Positions 53,844 through 55,239 of a DNA stretch of 55,239 bases are shown here, one piece after another. The stretch's first letter is position 1. Each line of letters opens with the position of its first letter. The DNA comes from Syntrophales bacterium (lineage in GTDB: Bacteria > Desulfobacterota > Syntrophia > Syntrophales > JACQWR01): NCBI GenBank assembly GCA_035283845.1, contig DATESZ010000155.1, positions 1 to 55,239 on the forward strand. The letters are read 5' to 3'. Below the pieces are notes generated by a model. That model saw only the letters and a program-made list of their open reading frames with translations. It was not told the origin of the DNA and did no database searches. A program made the position numbers and the translations under genes.

Positions 53844-54349
53844 GTAGCCCTCGTCGTTGATGAGCTGAAGATGCAGACTAAAACGATCGGCGATAAGAAG
53901 GAAATCGCTCAGATCGGCACCATCTCGGCGAATAATGACAAGACAATCGGGGAGATAATCTCTGAGTCAATGGAGAAGGTTGGCAAGGATGGGGTGATCA
54001 CGGTGGAAGAGGCCAAGGGGATGGAGACCACCTTATTATACATCGCGCCCTGGAGGAACCGCTCCGTCAGATCGCCGCTAACGCAGGCTTTGAAGGCTCC
54101 ATTGTAGTGGAAAAGGTGAAGGAAGAAAACGGCGCTTACGGATTCGACGCTGAAACTGCCCAATATGGCGATATGCTGAAAGCAGGAATCATCGATCCGA
54201 CAAAAGTGGCCCGCTTTGCCCTCCAGAACGCCGCCTCGGTCGCCTCGCTGATGCCGACCACTGAGGCGATGGTCGCGGAGAAACCCAAGAAGAAGACCCC
54301 ACCGCCCGCCATGCCGCCGGCATGGGGAATTACGACTAACCATTCCTGA
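53844..54349 (+). pseudogene. groEL: groEL remnant: 5'-truncated, large internal deletion, frameshifted
   Basis: [47 protein letters not shown] matches GroEL around residues 150-200. After METTL the reading jumps, in another frame, to [24 protein letters not shown]...[23 protein letters not shown], which matches GroEL around residues 445-520. The C-terminal GM-tail is also out of frame. Confidence 0.8.
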
Positions 54350-54416
54350 AGCCGCCTGCCCGCATCCCAGGGAAACCGGGTCGGGGGGGCGGCTCCCTCC
54401 CGAAATTCGTGAAAAC

Positions 54417-55010
54417 GTGACACATCTTACACCGATATCGACGGCCTCCGGAGGTAAGGCGGCTGTCAAGAAACTCCTGACGCTGTCCGGCGGAGCCCTT
54501 CACAAGCGCATCCTGGGCGATGGCAGGCCGGAAACGTATATCCGTCGCCTACCCGGAGAGGATTTCTTCTGGATCGTCAAACGGATCGGCGAGAAGGATT
54601 GTCTCCACCTCTTGCAACTTGCGGCGGAGAAGAAGTGGGAATATCTACTTGATCTAGAGACCTGGGATAGGGACAGACTCGACACAGACAAGACTCTGGC
54701 CTGGTTCAAGCGTCTGTGTGATGCCGATCCGGAGCGGCTCTCCGTCGGGTTGTTCGCCTGGAACAACGCCCTGCTCTCCCTGCTCCTTAGCAGAACAACG
54801 GAAAGGGTGCTATTCGCAATATATCATGATCATGTAAGGAACAGGGATCGTATCCGCGCTGGCCTGGTGATATATAAACAGGCGGATTTCCGTTGGTACT
54901 CAGCTCTTCCGACTGGTCTTGGTCGTAAAGACGGAGATGCTCTGCTTCACCTTTTACTTTTACACTTCGGACAGGAAGCTTTGGTCTTGCCATGCTCGGT
55001 AATGCTCTGA
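54417..55010 (+). CDS. Hypothetical protein, probably an N-terminal fragment only
   Basis: The first ~130 aa look protein-like (LPGEDFFWIVKRIGEKDCLHLLQLAAEKKWEYLLDLETWDRDRLD). The last ~60 aa are low quality and overlap a convergent zinc-ribbon gene. Confidence 0.3.
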   Translation: MTHLTPISTASGGKAAVKKLLTLSGGALHKRILGDGRPETYIRRLPGEDFFWIVKRIGEKDCLHLLQLAAEKKWEYLLDLETWDRDRLDTDKTLAWFKRLCDADPERLSVGLFAWNNALLSLLLSRTTERVLFAIYHDHVRNRDRIRAGLVIYKQADFRWYSALPTGLGRKDGDALLHLLLLHFGQEALVLPCSVML

Positions 55011-55063
55011 ATGAGTGTAAATTTCTTTTTACAACCCTGACATTCATATTCTTATGTGGGCAT
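54947..55063 (-). pseudogene. FmdB-type zinc-ribbon gene with an in-frame TAA at codon 4
   Basis: Own translation: MPT*EYECQGCKKKFTLIQSITEHGKTKASCPKCKSKR. AAGGAGAAGG lies upstream of the ATG. The family N-terminus is normally MPxYEYxC, so TAA replaces the expected Tyr codon. Confidence 0.5.
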
Positions 55064-55157
55064 ATCCTTCTCCTTTCCATGTAATGAGTTTTCAGGTGCT
55101 AATTCCACTTTGCATTCAAGTTGACACTGTGATATATACTCGCCATGGAGGTTGGCC

Positions 55158-55239
55158 ATGGCGAGACAAACTCAAATCGGTATTGGAGAGATACAAAGAG
55201 CCAAGCAGTTGCGTGATCAAGCCACGACAGTAGCAGAGT
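55158..55239 (+). CDS. Hypothetical protein, 5' part only (runs off the window)
   Basis: GGAGG lies 8 nt upstream of the ATG. MARQTQIGIGEIQRAKQLRDQATTVAE is open to the window end. Confidence 0.25.
   Translation, partial: MARQTQIGIGEIQRAKQLRDQATTVAE

Noticed and set aside
53909-54469. 186-aa minus-strand ORF over the groEL remnant
   Set aside because: It lies antisense to clear GroEL-derived coding segments, is Gly/Arg/Pro-rich and has no motifs.
55158-55239. The terminal partial ORF guessed to be the N-terminus of a transposase HTH
   Set aside because: Only 27 residues are visible and no diagnostic motif is present. The idea is suggested only by the junk-rich context.

Overview
This 55.2-kb window is transcribed almost entirely from the minus strand. 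From about 6.3 to 39.5 kb, plus an iron-uptake gene pair at 41.4-44.0 kb, it reads as a magnetosome gene cluster (MGC) of the deep-branching, mad-gene-containing type. The core is a tightly packed operon at 27.8-37.7 kb: mamP-mamM-mamQ(II)-mamB-mamA-mamI-mamE-mamQ(I)-[beta-propeller]-[J-domain protein]-TauE/mamO-Cter. It carries three magnetochrome-style PHxxxGxCxxCH motifs. Small membrane proteins and a vWA protein lie upstream of it. Downstream is an unusually rich cytoskeleton/positioning block: ParA-ParB, a HEAT-repeat (mad23-like) protein, coiled-coil proteins, a ClpA/B-D1-only AAA+ ATPase, and a receiver-coiled-coil protein with 207-bp tandem repeats. The block ends with two ParM-like actins (each followed by a small ORF), a MamK-like actin and a MinD-like ATPase. 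An AT-rich three-gene two-component module sits in the middle of the cluster (21.9-25.4 kb), and a CheB/CheR/hybrid-kinase set flanks it on the left. To the right are housekeeping-type genes and tRNA-Arg(CCG). Beyond the tRNA is a decayed or foreign zone: a truncated vWA ORF, a very GC-rich Kelch lipoprotein, a groEL remnant and a zinc-ribbon gene with an in-frame stop. A family of C-tract/G-tract palindromic intergenic elements (about 80-150 bp) occurs at least six times. I saw no rRNA, CRISPR array, transposase or recognisable defence genes. All calls come from reading motifs in the ORF track and from my own translations; no database search was possible. The mad/man gene correspondences are from memory and need checking.
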